Shown in pieces: positions 1-12,617 of a DNA stretch of 64,000 nucleotides. The translations under genes were made by a program, and so were the position numbers. The stretch covers positions 39,742,001-39,806,000 of the forward strand of contig NC_043001.1 of assembly GCF_006345805.1 (NCBI RefSeq), read 5' to 3'. The notes below the pieces were generated by a model. The model saw only the letters and a program-made list of their open reading frames with translations, did not search any database and was not told the DNA's origin. Positions within the stretch are counted from its first letter, which is position 1. Every line of letters starts with the position of its first letter. Source of the stretch: Octopus sinensis. Its lineage: Eukaryota.

Positions 1-790
1 GTGCTAATCACTGACCTGCAATGAACAGTGGTGGATTTGAACAGCTCAAACTGCCATTTAAGGGAAGATGTGAGGGTTCCAGTAGTCATGTTCATCATAT
101 GGAGAGAGACCAGAGGGAAAAGGAATAATCTCTGCCAATTCATAGTGTTGCTGGATAGGCAGATATTCTTCAACAGCTTTGGGACAACACGGGTGAAACA
201 AGTTCGAGCTCCCTTAGAAATTCAATTGATGAGCTTCACCTTGGACAATCTCTGGAGGACGACAGCAAAATCCTCAACAGGGATCTGAACTTCAGAGCAA
301 AGTTTTGTTCTCCTAAGTATGTTGGAGCTGAAGTAGCATTCGTAGCATGTCCAGTTTGAAAATTTAGAAATGAAGGTAGAGGGAGGAGCTGGATGAAGAG
401 CATTAGCACTGGCAGTGGGGTTCAGTGGGGGATGGTGCAGGAGGCAATGGTAGGAAGCTGGCTGCTACAGGACTTGTAAGGTGAATAAACGGATGAGCTG
501 GACTAATTCCAGTTAAACCTGACAATGTTGGCAGCTTGCCTTACTGAAGTGTCAGATGATGCCCTTGAGGGTGCTTGGCTTTTCCAACACATTAGCCTTG
601 TCATCACCCATGATGATGTTGCAAGTGTGTTGATTTGCTTCAGTAAGTTCTGTTGGACCTTGGAGTATGCTATTCCTTTTTCACTGACACTGACACCGTA
701 GTAAACTTGTCAGATGTTGCAGGTAGAAAAACAGTAAAGTGTTATTTATTTCTCTTCTCCCTTTTTTCATTGCACTGCAGTGTCATTGGC
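1..790 (-). mobile_element. Degraded non-LTR retrotransposon N-terminal fragment (CRE/HERO-like, tentative)
   Basis: A minus frame reads VKLIN*ISKGARTCFTRVVPKLLKNICLSSNTMNWQRLFLFPLVSLH, resembling from memory the pre-RT region of animal RLE elements; a ~65-bp piece (608-670) recurs at 51598-51661. Confidence 0.3.
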
Positions 791-1023
791 TTTGTTGTAT
801 TCTTATTGTATGATAATTGTTTTTAATTTCTAAATGAATCACATAATTATAAACAACTGTATTAAGTACTTGGGTGGGTTTGTTGGACTAAACACTTCAA
901 GGTGGTGCCTTAGCATGACTGCATTTCAATGACTGAAAGGACTAAAAGACAAAAGTCATATGTTAAGCTGCTTATACAACTCTAATGAATGTAATTTTAT
1001 TAATGGATTGCTTATATACTTAC

Positions 1024-1065
1024 CACCAGGTTTCTGTGAAATGTTGACATAAACACCTTCCCGAT
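1024..1065 (-). CDS. 42-nt tail repeat exon (DREGVYVNISQKPG)
   Basis: ttttcttaaag|AT CGG GAA GGT GTT TAT GTC AAC ATT TCA CAG AAA CCT GGT G|gtaagt; flanks 983-1200 are homologous to 2441-2700. Confidence 0.72.
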
Positions 1066-1305
1066 CTTTAAGAAAATGAATTATAAACATGGCGATAAAT
1101 AACATTTAAATTATATTAGTATTGTGCTGATACTAGCATAATAAACACAAATGAGATACACCCAAACACACTCACACACATATACATGCATGTACACACA
1201 TATCAACAGACCAAAGTTAGAGTGTGTAAGAGTGTTATATTTCATGGTTGTTCATTGATAATTTCTAAGATCATGCTGTGCACTAAAAATATTAATTGTA
1301 CTTAC

Positions 1306-1365
1306 CAAGTGATTGCATCTCTAAATATACAGGTCCTCTAGTTTTAGCATATTGCTTTTCCATAG
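1306..1365 (-). CDS. 60-nt tail exon (xMEKQYAKTRGPVYLEMQSL)
   Basis: atttcttgaag|...CTT G|gtaagt, phase 1-1, open frame, YxxM motif. Confidence 0.7.
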
Positions 1366-2481
1366 CTTCAAGAAATTAATTAAAAATGGGCATATTTATT
1401 ATTTGAAGAGGATGCTTTAAATATTTTGATGTGGCACAGAAAGTAACTAAAAAAATACTAAAATATATTATATATTTTATATAGATATACACATGCATTT
1501 AGAAACAAATAAATATTTGACTTCCAATGAAACTGAGTGTACAATATAAGTTCTTTATCCCTCATTGGTATGTTGCAGAAAAGAAACAAATTGCCAAATA
1601 AATTCATTCTGTATGAACAAAAGGAAACAAAGAGCAATTTTGGTAAATGACTTTTCAGAACTAGTGCTTGGACAGAAAGTTCTCCAATGAATTGGCCCTC
1701 AAAATTTTATTCCATGATCAAAATGCTAATTTTGTAAGAGAAATTATATAAAACTAGTACTTATAGGTTGGTTCACAGAATAAAATTTACTCCTATACAT
1801 TTTCAATGTTATGAAAATCTCAGAATGCTATGAGATTAAATTAATTAATTTATTATGAAATTCTGCTATTTCTGTAATTCAAAAGTTTTGTTGATATTTA
1901 AAATTAAGTATATTACCATTAAAAGCCATTCCCAAATATGGCTGGAGAACTAAGATATTTTTCTTAATTATTTTCAAGCTAGAAGTATCTAAAAATGGGA
2001 CTGATTGCAGTTATCAACAACAACAACTGATTATGTGACATATTCCCCATTGCAAATCTCTTCCATACTTTATGTGTATTGCTTGAGTAAATATCTAGTG
2101 AATTTAACTTGAATTAGATCTTTGTTTGGTTTATGTGTACAACTAAGGCTTACAAAAATATATATATGGCCTGGATTATTAAGGATTAATAGAGGTGTAA
2201 ATTATGTATAGAATTTTTAACATTTTCTATGTTGTATTAAAGAACATCCATACACATGCTATTAAACCATATATTTTGCACAAAGAAAGAATTTTTTGCT
2301 AACTTCACTTGGACTGATTCCAGAGACAGGGCTTGGAAATGAGTCCAAAACAAACAAGTATTAACTCTAAACGTGGCTCCCAAGTATGGCCATAACCTCT
2401 GATTGAAATTTAAATAAAATAAAAGGATGAACTTGTGTTTTAATGAATGTAATTTTATTAAAGGGTTGTTTATATACTTAC

Positions 2482-2523
2482 TATCAGGTTTCTTGAAAAC
2501 ATTAACACCAGCATTATCCACAT
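2482..2523 (-). CDS. 42-nt tail repeat exon (xVDNAGVNVFKKPD; no Tyr)
   Basis: atttcttaaag|AT GTG GAT AAT GCT GGT GTT AAT GTT TTC AAG AAA CCT GAT A|gtaagt. Confidence 0.7.
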
Positions 2524-2628
2524 CTTTAAGAAATTAAAGTAATGAATATGATACACGGCTTTAAATAATATTTAGAATATATTGTGTTGTGCTGAGACTA
2601 GCATAATAAATACAAGATAGATGCGTGT

Positions 2629-2671
<43 letters not shown>

Positions 2672-3559
2672 AACACATATGCATGCATGCATGTGCACTC
2701 ACACACATACACACCATTATCAGTATAAACATGAGTATCAGGTATTAGTTTTAATTTCTGACTCTTAGATAAGAAATGTTCTTATTCTCTCATGAGAGAC
2801 TTTAATAGACAAGATATTTATTGCCCAATCAATGTTACTTAAACAGAATTACACAGTGGCACCCACACTGGTGGGGTCACCAATTGACTTTGCAAGACAA
2901 AGAGTCTTTGAGTGAGGAGGAGGCGTTGGAGGAGATGAACTTGTGTCAGATGATGAAAGATTAGAATGTGACAGAGAGGTAGAAACAGATGTATTGTTGT
3001 TGAGGAGGACCATGGAGAGAGGGAGAGAAAGAGAGCAAGAGTTAACAAGAATGAGGGCAGAAACAGGTTTGTTGCTGTAGAGGAAATACATGATTACTCA
3101 GCCAGAGGAGAGAGCAAAAGAAAGAGTAGGAGACAGCAAGGGCAGAAGAGGGATGGTGGCAAGTACCAGGGTATACTTGCAATGAACAGGGATCAAGGCA
3201 TGGATGAGATGGTAGAGTAAGAAAGGGGGAGATGAATTGTGACAAGTGCTGGCAGGGTATCACCAAGGAGTCATAAGTCGGGAGTGGAGGAATGCAGTAA
3301 CTGGAGAGAATCTGGGTATATATAGACAGAGATAGGAGATGGGGAGAAGCAGCTATGCAGTGAGCAGGGTAGTGTGGACTGGGTTGGGGAGTGGAGGTGG
3401 GGAATACTGTGACTGGTTAGAATCTGATTGGGGGGAAGGGGAGGGGTACACAACAATACAGTTGGTTTGGTCATGTGATGTGTATGGATGTAGACAATTG
3501 TATACAGAAGAGCTGATTGCTTTAAGTAAACAAAACAGTAAATCCAGGAAAGACATGGG

Positions 3560-3920
3560 ATGAAGTATTGAAGGTAAATCTCAAAACAATGTACCTTACC
3601 AAGGAGATGACAAAGGACTGAGACACCTAGTGATTTTCTGTATTTAAAAAGATGTGTCCACCACAGCAAAATTGATACTGGTGCTAATGCTACATTAAAA
3701 AACCGCTGGCAATGGTGCCATGTAAAAAGCACTGGTGCTGGTGCCATTTAAAAGCACCCATTAAACTCCATGAAGTGGTTGGCATTAGGAAGAGTATACA
3801 GCTGTAGAAATCATGACAGAACAGACAATGAAGCCTGATATAGCTCCTAACCTTGCCAACAACTATCAAACCATCCAACCCATGCCAGCATGGAAAACAG
3901 ATGATGATGATGATGATGAT
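3560..3920 (+). mobile_element. 3' end of RTE LINE with (GAT)n tail
   Basis: SRKTWDEVLK-like C-terminus followed by the recurrent tail ccaacccatgccagcatggaaaac-(gat)n; the same tail occurs at ~24250-24420, 31925-31985, 47810-47985 (+) and ~41270-41500, 52490-52800 (-). Confidence 0.6.
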
Positions 3921-4015
3921 CTCACACACACACTTGAAAGGACAAACGAAAATCAGTATCAGTCATAGTGCAAAGTATCCATTTCAACAGCTATTTCAAT
4001 AATTCTTATGTAACA

Positions 4016-4823
4016 CTAGCAGCATAGCCCGGCGTTGCCCGGGTATGTAAGAGCCCCTAGTAGGCAATGGCTAATCCCAATCTAGTCCTTTCCCTCTTGG
4101 GAACGAAGGCGCATGTGTAGGTTGCAATGTCTTCTCTTCACTCGAATACTTCTGTGTATACGATGTTCCTAGCTGTCCCTTTGGGCGAAAACATGAAAAC
4201 ATCATTGCGCCTCTCAAGAGAGTTTGTGGTTTGTGTTTAATACACAAATCGGTTTGCTATGTGTGCCACATATGATTTAATTAACCGATTTTTTCCAGTA
4301 ATAAAGTATCCTATTGGAATAAAAAGAGCCATATAGCTCCTTGGAGCAGACATGATGCTCGCTGTGAATTTAAAAAAAAATTCCTGCCAATTTGTGAAAG
4401 ATATTGTCGAAAATATGTCATCTTGAATTTAAACGCGATTTCCCAATATGGCATGATATTATCGATTTTTTCTGATGGTAAGGTATTGCATGGAAAACTA
4501 ACGTCAGAATTAAGTTTCTTAGGGTAACATTAAGCTTCACCATGAGTTTGGTGAAAATCGATTACAAGTTGCGAAAACTACAACAGAAAATGTGTTGCAT
4601 ATAAAAAGCTTAGATTCTTGACCCCATGTCGAATTTATCGATTCTTTTCAGAACTGGGGGAACTTTTCAAAATTTTCGCTGCGTTAGTTTTGAATTATGA
4701 CATTGGGCTATGTGTGTGTCAAGTTTCATCAGAATCGGTTGAAAGCCGTGGTCAGGGTGAGGGTACAACCTGACAGACACACAGACACACAGACAGACAA
4801 ACTGCCGTTTATATAGAGAGAGA
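4016..4823 (-). mobile_element. Non-autonomous Helitron
   Basis: Minus strand starts A|TC and ends with hairpin CCCGG-GCAACG-CCGGG then CTAG|T; GTCT-type microsatellite near the 5' end; retains a helicase C-terminus-like VFMFSPKGTARNIVYTEVFE* near 4130-4230. Confidence 0.8.
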
Positions 4824-5099
4824 TTACAAAAACAAATAAGTTTATACAATTATATAGCACAGAGAAATCACACCATCAAGGATTTTAAGAAATATAATTA
4901 CAAAATTCAAATTGACTTTATATAGGTTGAAGAGTCAAAGGTAAAATAAAAGTAAAGAAAAATGAAGAAAAAGAAGAAACATAAAAGAAGGATGGAAGTG
5001 AGAAGTGAAAAGTAAAGAAATAAAGAGTATGAATATAGATTTTATAATTGGTCATTGGATGATTATAGTCTATAAACCAGCTCAGGCAACTGAGCCTAG

Positions 5100-6600
5100 A
5101 GGACTAAGGTAAACAGAAGGGGGCCAAAAACTGAGCCTTGGTGGACTCCTTTTCAATGCTGAATTCATTACTATACTCATTTCCAACCTTCAACTTACTG
5201 GCAGCATCCCTGTACATGGTTTCTACTGCTTTTACTAACCACTCATTTATCCCTAGCTTCCATATTGACCACCAGATAAGGGAGTGGGTTATTTTGTCAA
5301 AAGCTCTCTCCATGTCAACAAAAAACAGGTACAGAGGTTTATTTTTGATTAAATATTTCACCTGCAGTTGCCTAACCAGGAATATAGCATCAGTCATGCT
5401 TCTACCTATCACAAATCCAATCTGCATCTCATCTACACTAACTCACATCCTAATTAATTGAGCTATGACCCATTTTGCAATTTTCATCACACGGTTCAGC
5501 AATTTGATGCTTCTGTAATTATTTCTGTCCCAGGCATCATTGTTGCTTTTGTAGCAGTTGACCATAATGCTGCTACACCAGTCATTGGGTATGACTCCCG
5601 CATGGACAACCTAATTAACTATACAGATGACAAAGCTATATCCTACTCCACCAGATACTTTAAGCATCTCAGCAGTGATTCCTGATGGACCAGGGATTTT
5701 TCCGTCTTCATATCCTTAATTGCTTTATTTACTAAGTTATTGTCGATTCAGATAGCTGGTCCCTCAGTTGGGTCAGCATCTGGCAGACTCTCCTTCTCCC
5801 ATTCCATTTTCCACAGTTATCAGCCGTTCATAACAGTGTTTCCAAACCTCTTTATTTGCAGAGTTGTTAAATGCAAGTGAACCATCATCCATGCAGACAC
5901 ATTTCTCTTCTACGGCATCATAATTTTTTCTCCCACACTGTCTTGCAATCTGCAACAATGAAGTCTCTGGTCCTCACATCACAGAATATTGGCAAACTTC
6001 TTTTCTGTTTCTCCCCTGGCTAAAAACACCTATCTCCTAGCTTACCTTCTGGCTATCTGATACAGTTCCCTTCTACCACCACACTTCTAGTCCTGTTCCT
6101 TTTCTTTAAGGAGACTTTGCCCCAGCTGCAGATTCAGTCAGTAGCATGTAATGTCCTTCATATTATATGTTGCTGTATCCTCCACTTTTTCATCAAATGC
6201 TTCAAGTAACACGTCTCTAAATCTCTGTCCATTCAGGGGATACTTAAGTTTCTAGACCTTTCTTTTCTACACTGGTTTTCTTCTAGGTAGCCATTTAGCC
6301 CTGATCCTGAAGTTGCTAACAACTAACCTATGTTAGAGGGTGCATCGTTCAACTTGGAAAATATACACAGCCAACTTTCCCATTTTCTGGTGAGAATGTA
6401 GTCAACCCACCAGATTGATAGGGGAACAGGTGACTGGTAGGTTTCGTGAATGATTGCAGATTATTTGCATCACAGAAGTCCAGTAGCTTGATTCCCTCCT
6501 CATTACAGGAACAGAATCTGTTGCCACTATGCATACCATGGAAGCCACCCAGATGTCATCCATTATGCCCATTGAAGTTGCCATCTATGAAGAGACAGTC
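5100..6600 (-). mobile_element. Degraded RTE LINE fragment (APE + RT part)
   Basis: EEGIKLLDFCDANNL (APE) and GRSMTDAIFLVRQLQVKY...FVDMERAFD (RT domains 2-3), with stops and frameshifts. Confidence 0.85.
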
Positions 6601-6634
6601 CCTATCATTCATCAATGAGGTAGTTTATTCTTTT

Positions 6635-6945
6635 CTTCTATTCTTTTATTTGTTTCAGTCGTTTTGACTGCGGCCATGCTGGAGCACTGCTTTTTGGTAA
6701 AAGAAATTGACCCTAGGACTTATTGTTTGTTAGCCTGGTACTTATTCTATCAGCCTCTTTTGCCGAACCACTAAGTTATGTGGACATAAACACACCAACA
6801 TCAGTTGTCAAGTGATATATACATATAAGGCTTTGGTCGGTCCAAAGCTATAACAGAAGACACTTGCCCAAGGTATCACTCAGTGGGACTGAACCCAGAA
6901 ACATGCATTTGGGAAGCAAGCGTTTTACCACACAGCCATACCTCT
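6635..6945 (-). mobile_element. tRNA-derived SINE
   Basis: Reverse complement of the SINE at 40545-41170 (ggctgtgtggtaa...gggttc...ttgggcaagtgtcttc head; ccagcatggccgcagtc...gactgaaac tail). Confidence 0.7.
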
Positions 6946-7657
6946 TACTTTTTGGATGCAACACACATCTACATACCTTCGTTGAAGCATCTCAACAATC
7001 TCACTAGACCTACCTTTCAATGTGCCAACTCTGAGGGTGTGAAAGGTGTGTGCTGAGGAGACATAGGGATGGGGGACAGCATTTTACATCTGAAAAAAAA
7101 CTTGCATGAATATTTCGCAGACATATCGTGTAAATACAAAATAGGTCAACATGTATTTACTTCACCAACATTTTATTCGCTTCACAGTCACCACATTTAC
7201 CAGGAGATAGCTACTAGATAGAAATGGAAGTGTAGGAGAGAGTGCTCTGTATTAGTATCCAATAGTGGTATTAAGAGAAAGACTTCTGGTAGAGGTTCAG
7301 AGAGAAAGACTTCTGGTACAGGTGGTGGAGGTGGGTTGGGCAGGTGCACAGCCAACAACCATCCATCATTGACTGCCCAATTCCCTTGATAAAGACCATG
7401 TTAAATATCCTAACAGACATAGCTAAAACCAATGTTTAACATATACCATGGAAAAAGCAGAGATTCAGATGTAATACGAGCAAGATAGAGTAAGGTGAGT
7501 AACAAACAAATGAAGAGATGAAATTTTGAGAATTAGAGCTACAGAAGAAACAGATTTGAACATTTGGATTTCTTAACTTTACTATAACATACAGCATGAG
7601 AACAGACGTAGCTTTATGTAATATAATGCTATTTGCTTCAAGGCATAAATTATACTT

Positions 7658-7694
7658 GGTTCAGATGAAATTTTAATACAAGAACCTTCCATAT
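7658..7694 (-). pseudogene. Dead 42-nt repeat exon (donor deleted)
   Basis: Acceptor ttctttcttaaag| is intact; AT ATG GAA GGT TCT TGT ATT AAA ATT TCA TCT GAA CC runs directly into AAGTAT; restoring 7 nt (TGATAGT, as in the 2482 copy) rebuilds a 42-nt exon plus GTAAGT. Confidence 0.55.
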
Positions 7695-8266
7695 CTTTAA
7701 GAAAGAAAAGAAAAAAATGAATAAATTTATTGTTTGTGTGGGTGTAGTGCATATCGGAAATAAACAGTTTATAGAATCAGAAAGATGGGAAAATATTTAT
7801 GATATGACATTATGATCTCAGTATCTCATTCCTTTGTCATTGTCTGAAAGGTTCAGCATCCTGAAGCTGTCCTTCAGTACCTTGTCCCAAGTCTTCCTCA
7901 GTCTCCCTCTCCCATGAGTTCCATACACTTTGAGCGATTGATACTTCTTTATGGAGCTGTTGAACCACCCAGCCATGCCAGCTTGGGAAACAAATAAAAT
8001 AATGATAATAATGATGTTATATATGTTGTGTGTATGTGTATGTGTCTGCTTGCATGCATGTGTGTGTGTGTGCATAAAATACATATTATATATTATATGT
8101 ATAAATTAGGTGTGGCAAAATTCTGCTCTTCAGCCACACAGTTTTGGATTCAATCCCACTGTGTGACACCTCCAGCATATGCCTTCTATTATATCCCCGT
8201 GTCAATCAAAGACTTGCATGTGGATTTGGCTGACAAAATTTGAAAGAAGCCTGTCATATATTTCTG

Positions 8267-8302
<36 letters not shown>

Positions 8303-8606
8303 TGAATGCATGCACATGTGTTTGTGTGTGTGTATGTATGCATGTCTGTCTTTGTGATTATACTCTCAGCACTTGACAACCAGTGCTGATTAGTTTACCT
8401 CCCCTGAGTAACTGAGTTGTTTAGTAAAAAGATTGATAGAAAAAGCAGCAGAAGGGTTCATTTATTCAACTAAAACTCTTCAAGATGGTACACCACAATG
8501 GATGCAGAGAAGTGACTGAAACAAGTGAAAGGTGAAAGGCAAAATATCATTTTGCGAGTAGCATGAACTATAATTCTTTTTACTTATAGGCATTAATTAT
8601 ACTTAC

Positions 8607-8648
8607 TATCAAATACAAGTGAAATAGTAGCATAAGCATTTTCCTCAT
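8607..8648 (-). CDS. 42-nt tail repeat exon (xEENAYATISLVFD)
   Basis: tttattttcatag|AT GAG GAA AAT GCT TAT GCT ACT ATT TCA CTT GTA TTT GAT A|gtaagt. Confidence 0.7.
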
Positions 8649-9127
8649 CTATGAAAATAAAAATGTAAAAATAAATTTGTTTATTGTCTATATATGTGTG
8701 GTAAATGACATCTGAAATAAACTGTTTCTGGGATCAGATGTATTAAAGAACGTTTATAGCATTATAATAAAATATCAGGTTATACTAAAGTATACTGAAA
8801 AAAAAATAAAACAAAAACAAAATAACATATAAAGAAACACTTACAAAATTTAATTACCAATGTAAGTGTGATAAATCAAGAAAAAGATCACTTTGTCTTT
8901 GACTTTTTATATTCAATATTAACTATGGAAAGATCATCAGTCCTATTGTTGTTGTTATTGTTTACGCCTAAGTCAGACATATGATCGCATGCATTTTCTC
9001 CTTAGCATTGAGACATTGAAATAAGATCTGGTCCTCTAATCTATTGAATCCTGTTGAACAACCCTACTCATGCCAACTTGGGAAACAGAAAAAATAAGGT
9101 TCATGATAATGCAACGTGTGTGTGTGT

Positions 9128-9203
<76 letters not shown>

Positions 9204-9460
9204 GTGTGTACAAATCTGTCTGTGTTTATCTTCCCAACATTTGACCAGTGCTGATTAGTTTAGCACCCCAGAGTAACTGAGTTGTTTAATAAAAAAAATT
9301 GATAGAAAAAGCAGTAGTTAATTTATTCAACTAAAACCCTTAAAGATGGTACACCACTATGGATGTAGAGAAGTGACTGAAACAAGTGAAAGGCAAAATA
9401 TCATTTTGATAGTAACATGAACTATAATGCTATTTACTTATAGGCATTAATTATACTTAC

Positions 9461-9502
9461 TATCAGATGCATGTGAAATAGTAGCACAAGTATTTTCTTG
9501 CT
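9461..9502 (-). CDS. 42-nt tail repeat exon (xQENTCATISHASD; Tyr replaced by Cys)
   Basis: tttattttcatag|AG CAA GAA AAT ACT TGT GCT ACT ATT TCA CAT GCA TCT GAT A|gtaagt. Confidence 0.65.
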
Positions 9503-9962
9503 CTATGAAAATAAAAATGTAAAATAAATATGTTTATTGTCTATATATGTGTGGTATATGACATCTGAAATGAACTGTTTCTAGGATCAGATGTATTAAA
9601 GAACGTTTATAGCATTATAACAAAATATCAGGATATACTAAAGTATACTGAAATAAAATAAAACAAAAACAAAATAACATATAAAGAAACACTTACAAAA
9701 TTCAATTACCAATGTAAGTGTGATAAATCAAGAAAAAGATCACTTTCTCTTTGACTTTTTATATTCAATATTAACTATGGGAAGATGATCGGTCCTATTG
9801 TTGTTGTTACTGTTTACACCCAAGTCAGACATATGATCGCATGCATTTTCTCCTTAGCATTGAGACACTGAAATAAGATCTGGTCCTCCAATTCATTGAA
9901 TCCTGTTGAACCACCTTACACATGCCAGCTTAGAAAACAGAAAAAATAACGATCATAATGAT

Positions 9963-10013
<51 letters not shown>

Positions 10014-10040
10014 ATGTGTGTGCATAAAATACATATTTTA

Positions 10041-11271
10041 TTGGTTCATCCCATAAATAATGCAGTTTTTTCAATTGCATGGACTAAATCTTAGTGGGGA
10101 ATGGGATAAGCTACCTGCGTCAACTTGCTATAAAAGCAGGTAGTAATTTTACCTTGTCCTTACTCTTAGTGCAAGTTTTGAAGAGTGCACTTCAATTCTA
10201 ACAGTTATTTTTTCAAAGTGACAAAGGAACATATTCGGCATATTTTGCTTTATGAGTTCAATAAAGGCAAAAACGCAGCAACAAGTGCAAGGAATATTAA
10301 TGCAGTATATGAGGATCAGACAATAAGCATAAACCAGTGTCAATGGTGGTTCCAGAAATTCCGAGCCGGAAACTGCACCCTTGCAGATGAGCTTTGTCCT
10401 GAAAGATCTGTAAAGCTCAACAAGGATGTTCTGCAAACTCTGGTGGAACAAAATTCCACCGTAACTGTTGAGGAATTAGCAGAGAGACTTGGATTTGGTC
10501 ATTCAACTATTCATTGACAGCTGTGTGCCATTGGAAAAGAGAACAATTTGGGTTAATGGGTTTCTCACAAACTTTCCAAATTTAATTGCATGCAAAGAGT
10601 GAATGTGTGATCTTCTTTGCTGTCATATCTCACAAATGAACCTTTATGGACCGAATTGTGACTGGTGATGAGAAATGGATTCTCTATAAAAATGTCAAGC
10701 ACCAAGGACAGTGAGTAGGGAAATAAGAAACAATGGCACCCCCAGACTAAAGGTCTTCCCCCACATAAGGTGTTGTTATCTGTTTGGAGGGATATGAAAG
10801 GTTTAGTCCACTTTGAACTTTTAAATCCAAAGCAAACAATAACAAAAATCTACTGCAGCTTGATTGTAGAAAAACCACCATCTTTGGTTTCAAGACAAAA
10901 GGTGTTCTTCCATCAGGCCACATACAGCAAGAATAAGATTCCAAAAGCTGGGGCAGTTAAAATGGGAAACCCCCCCCCCCCCCATCATATTCGCTGGACA
11001 TTGCACCATCTCATTATCATTTATTCCGTGGTCTTCAAAATCATTTGGATGGAAAAAATATAAATTCCGTAGATGAAGTCAAAACAGTACTGGGGGATTT
11101 TCTTTGTCACAGACAAGTGAATTTTGGAAGAGGGGCCTTTACCAGATAGATGGAAGAGCATTGTAGAAAATAAAGGAGAGTATATTTTAGATGAAAAAAA
11201 CTTTGTTTCTCTTGATTTTGAAAAATAATAGAAGCATAAAAAAAAACTGCATTATTTATGGAATGACCCTA
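10041..11271 (+). mobile_element. Degenerate mariner transposon
   Basis: TIRs ttggttcatcccataaataatgcag / ctgcattatttatggaatgacccta, TA flanks; HIRHILLYEFNKG...QWWFQKFRAG N-terminus; later frameshifts and stops. Confidence 0.85.
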
Positions 11272-11446
11272 TATATTATATGTATATATTAAATGTTGTA
11301 AAAAGATTGCTCTTCAGCCATGTGGTTTGGGATTTTGTCCCACTGTGTAACACCTCTGGCATATGCTTCCTATTGTATCCCCATGTCAATCAAATCATGT
11401 GGATTTTGTAGACAAAATTTGAAAGAAGCCTGTCATCTCTTTCTTT

Positions 11447-11516
<70 letters not shown>

Positions 11517-11618
11517 TGTTTGTGTGTGCATATCTGTCTTTGTGTATGCATATCTTCCCAACATTTGACAATCAGTGCTGATTACTTTACCTCCCCTGAG
11601 TAACTGAGTTGTTTAGTA

Positions 11619-12103
11619 CCGTTTATCCTCGAGTATAACCCATACTTTTTTTCCAAAATTTAAAGGTCAAAATCCCTAGTGCGTACTATATACAAAGTCA
11701 AAAATGAAAATTATTTTCTAAGCAATGTCCAAGTCCCTATTTGCTGTCCGGCAATGTTTATTCAGACGCATTTTGTGATGTCGGTCGTGAAAATACCTTA
11801 AATCATCCATAACTTTCAGTAAGCAACATTTATTAAACGTTATTACTGTTACTTCTTTATTTTCTGCAAACAAAATGCACAAAAAAGCTACACGTTTGCA
11901 TTATGTTATATATAGAAAATAATAATAATAAAGGATGTTACCATACACATTTTTACAAACCAAGGACGTTATATAGCCCTCCTTGACTCAAGTTAGAGAA
12001 GGGGTGCATATTATACACAAGATTTAGGTTTATCAGAGGTACAGCCCACTAAAAATCCCCTGCATATTATACTCAAGGGCGGACTATACTCGAGGATTTA
12101 CGG
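11619..12103. mobile_element. Tc1/mariner-superfamily MITE (485 bp)
   Basis: TIRs CCGTTTATCCTCGAGTATA / TATACTCGAGGATTTACGG and TA TSD; removing it rejoins the host repeat unit (gtttagta|aaaaa). Confidence 0.85.
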
Positions 12104-12286
12104 TAAAAAAAATTGATAGAAAAAGCAGCAGGAGGGTTCAGTTATTCAACTAAAACTCTTCAAGATTGTACACCACTATGGATGCAGAGAAGTGACTGAA
12201 ACAAGTGAAAGGTGAAAGGCAAAATATCATTTTGAGAGTAACATGAACTATAGTTCTTTTTACTTATAGGCATTAATTATACTTAC

Positions 12287-12328
12287 TATCAAATACAAGT
12301 GACAAAGTAGCATAAGCATTTTCCTCAT
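12287..12328 (-). CDS. 42-nt tail repeat exon (DEENAYATLSLVFD)
   Basis: tttattttcatag|AT GAG GAA AAT GCT TAT GCT ACT TTG TCA CTT GTA TTT GAT A|gtaagt. Confidence 0.7.
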
Positions 12329-12617
12329 CTATGAAAATAAAAATGTAAAAATAAATTTGTTTATTGTCTATATATGTGTGGTAAATGACATCTGAAATAA
12401 ACTGTTTCTAGGATCAGATGTATTAGATAACGTTTATAGCATTATGATAAAATATCAGGATATACTAAAGTATACTGAAATAAAACAAAACAAAAACAAA
12501 ATAACATATAAAGAAACACTTACAAAATTCAATTACCAATGTAAGTGTGATAAATCAAGAAAAAGATCACTTTCTCTTTGACGTTTTAAACTTAATATTA
12601 ACTATGGATAGATGATA

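Larger units (their letters stand above)
8350..12615. repeat. Three direct copies of a ~0.7-0.9 kb unit (about 8350-9110, 9230-9960, 11560-12615), each containing a 42-nt exon
   Basis: Long near-identical blocks by eye (gagtaactgagttgttt...aagaaacacttacaaaa...); the region before copy 3 carries a mariner and copy 3 is interrupted by a MITE. Confidence 0.9.
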
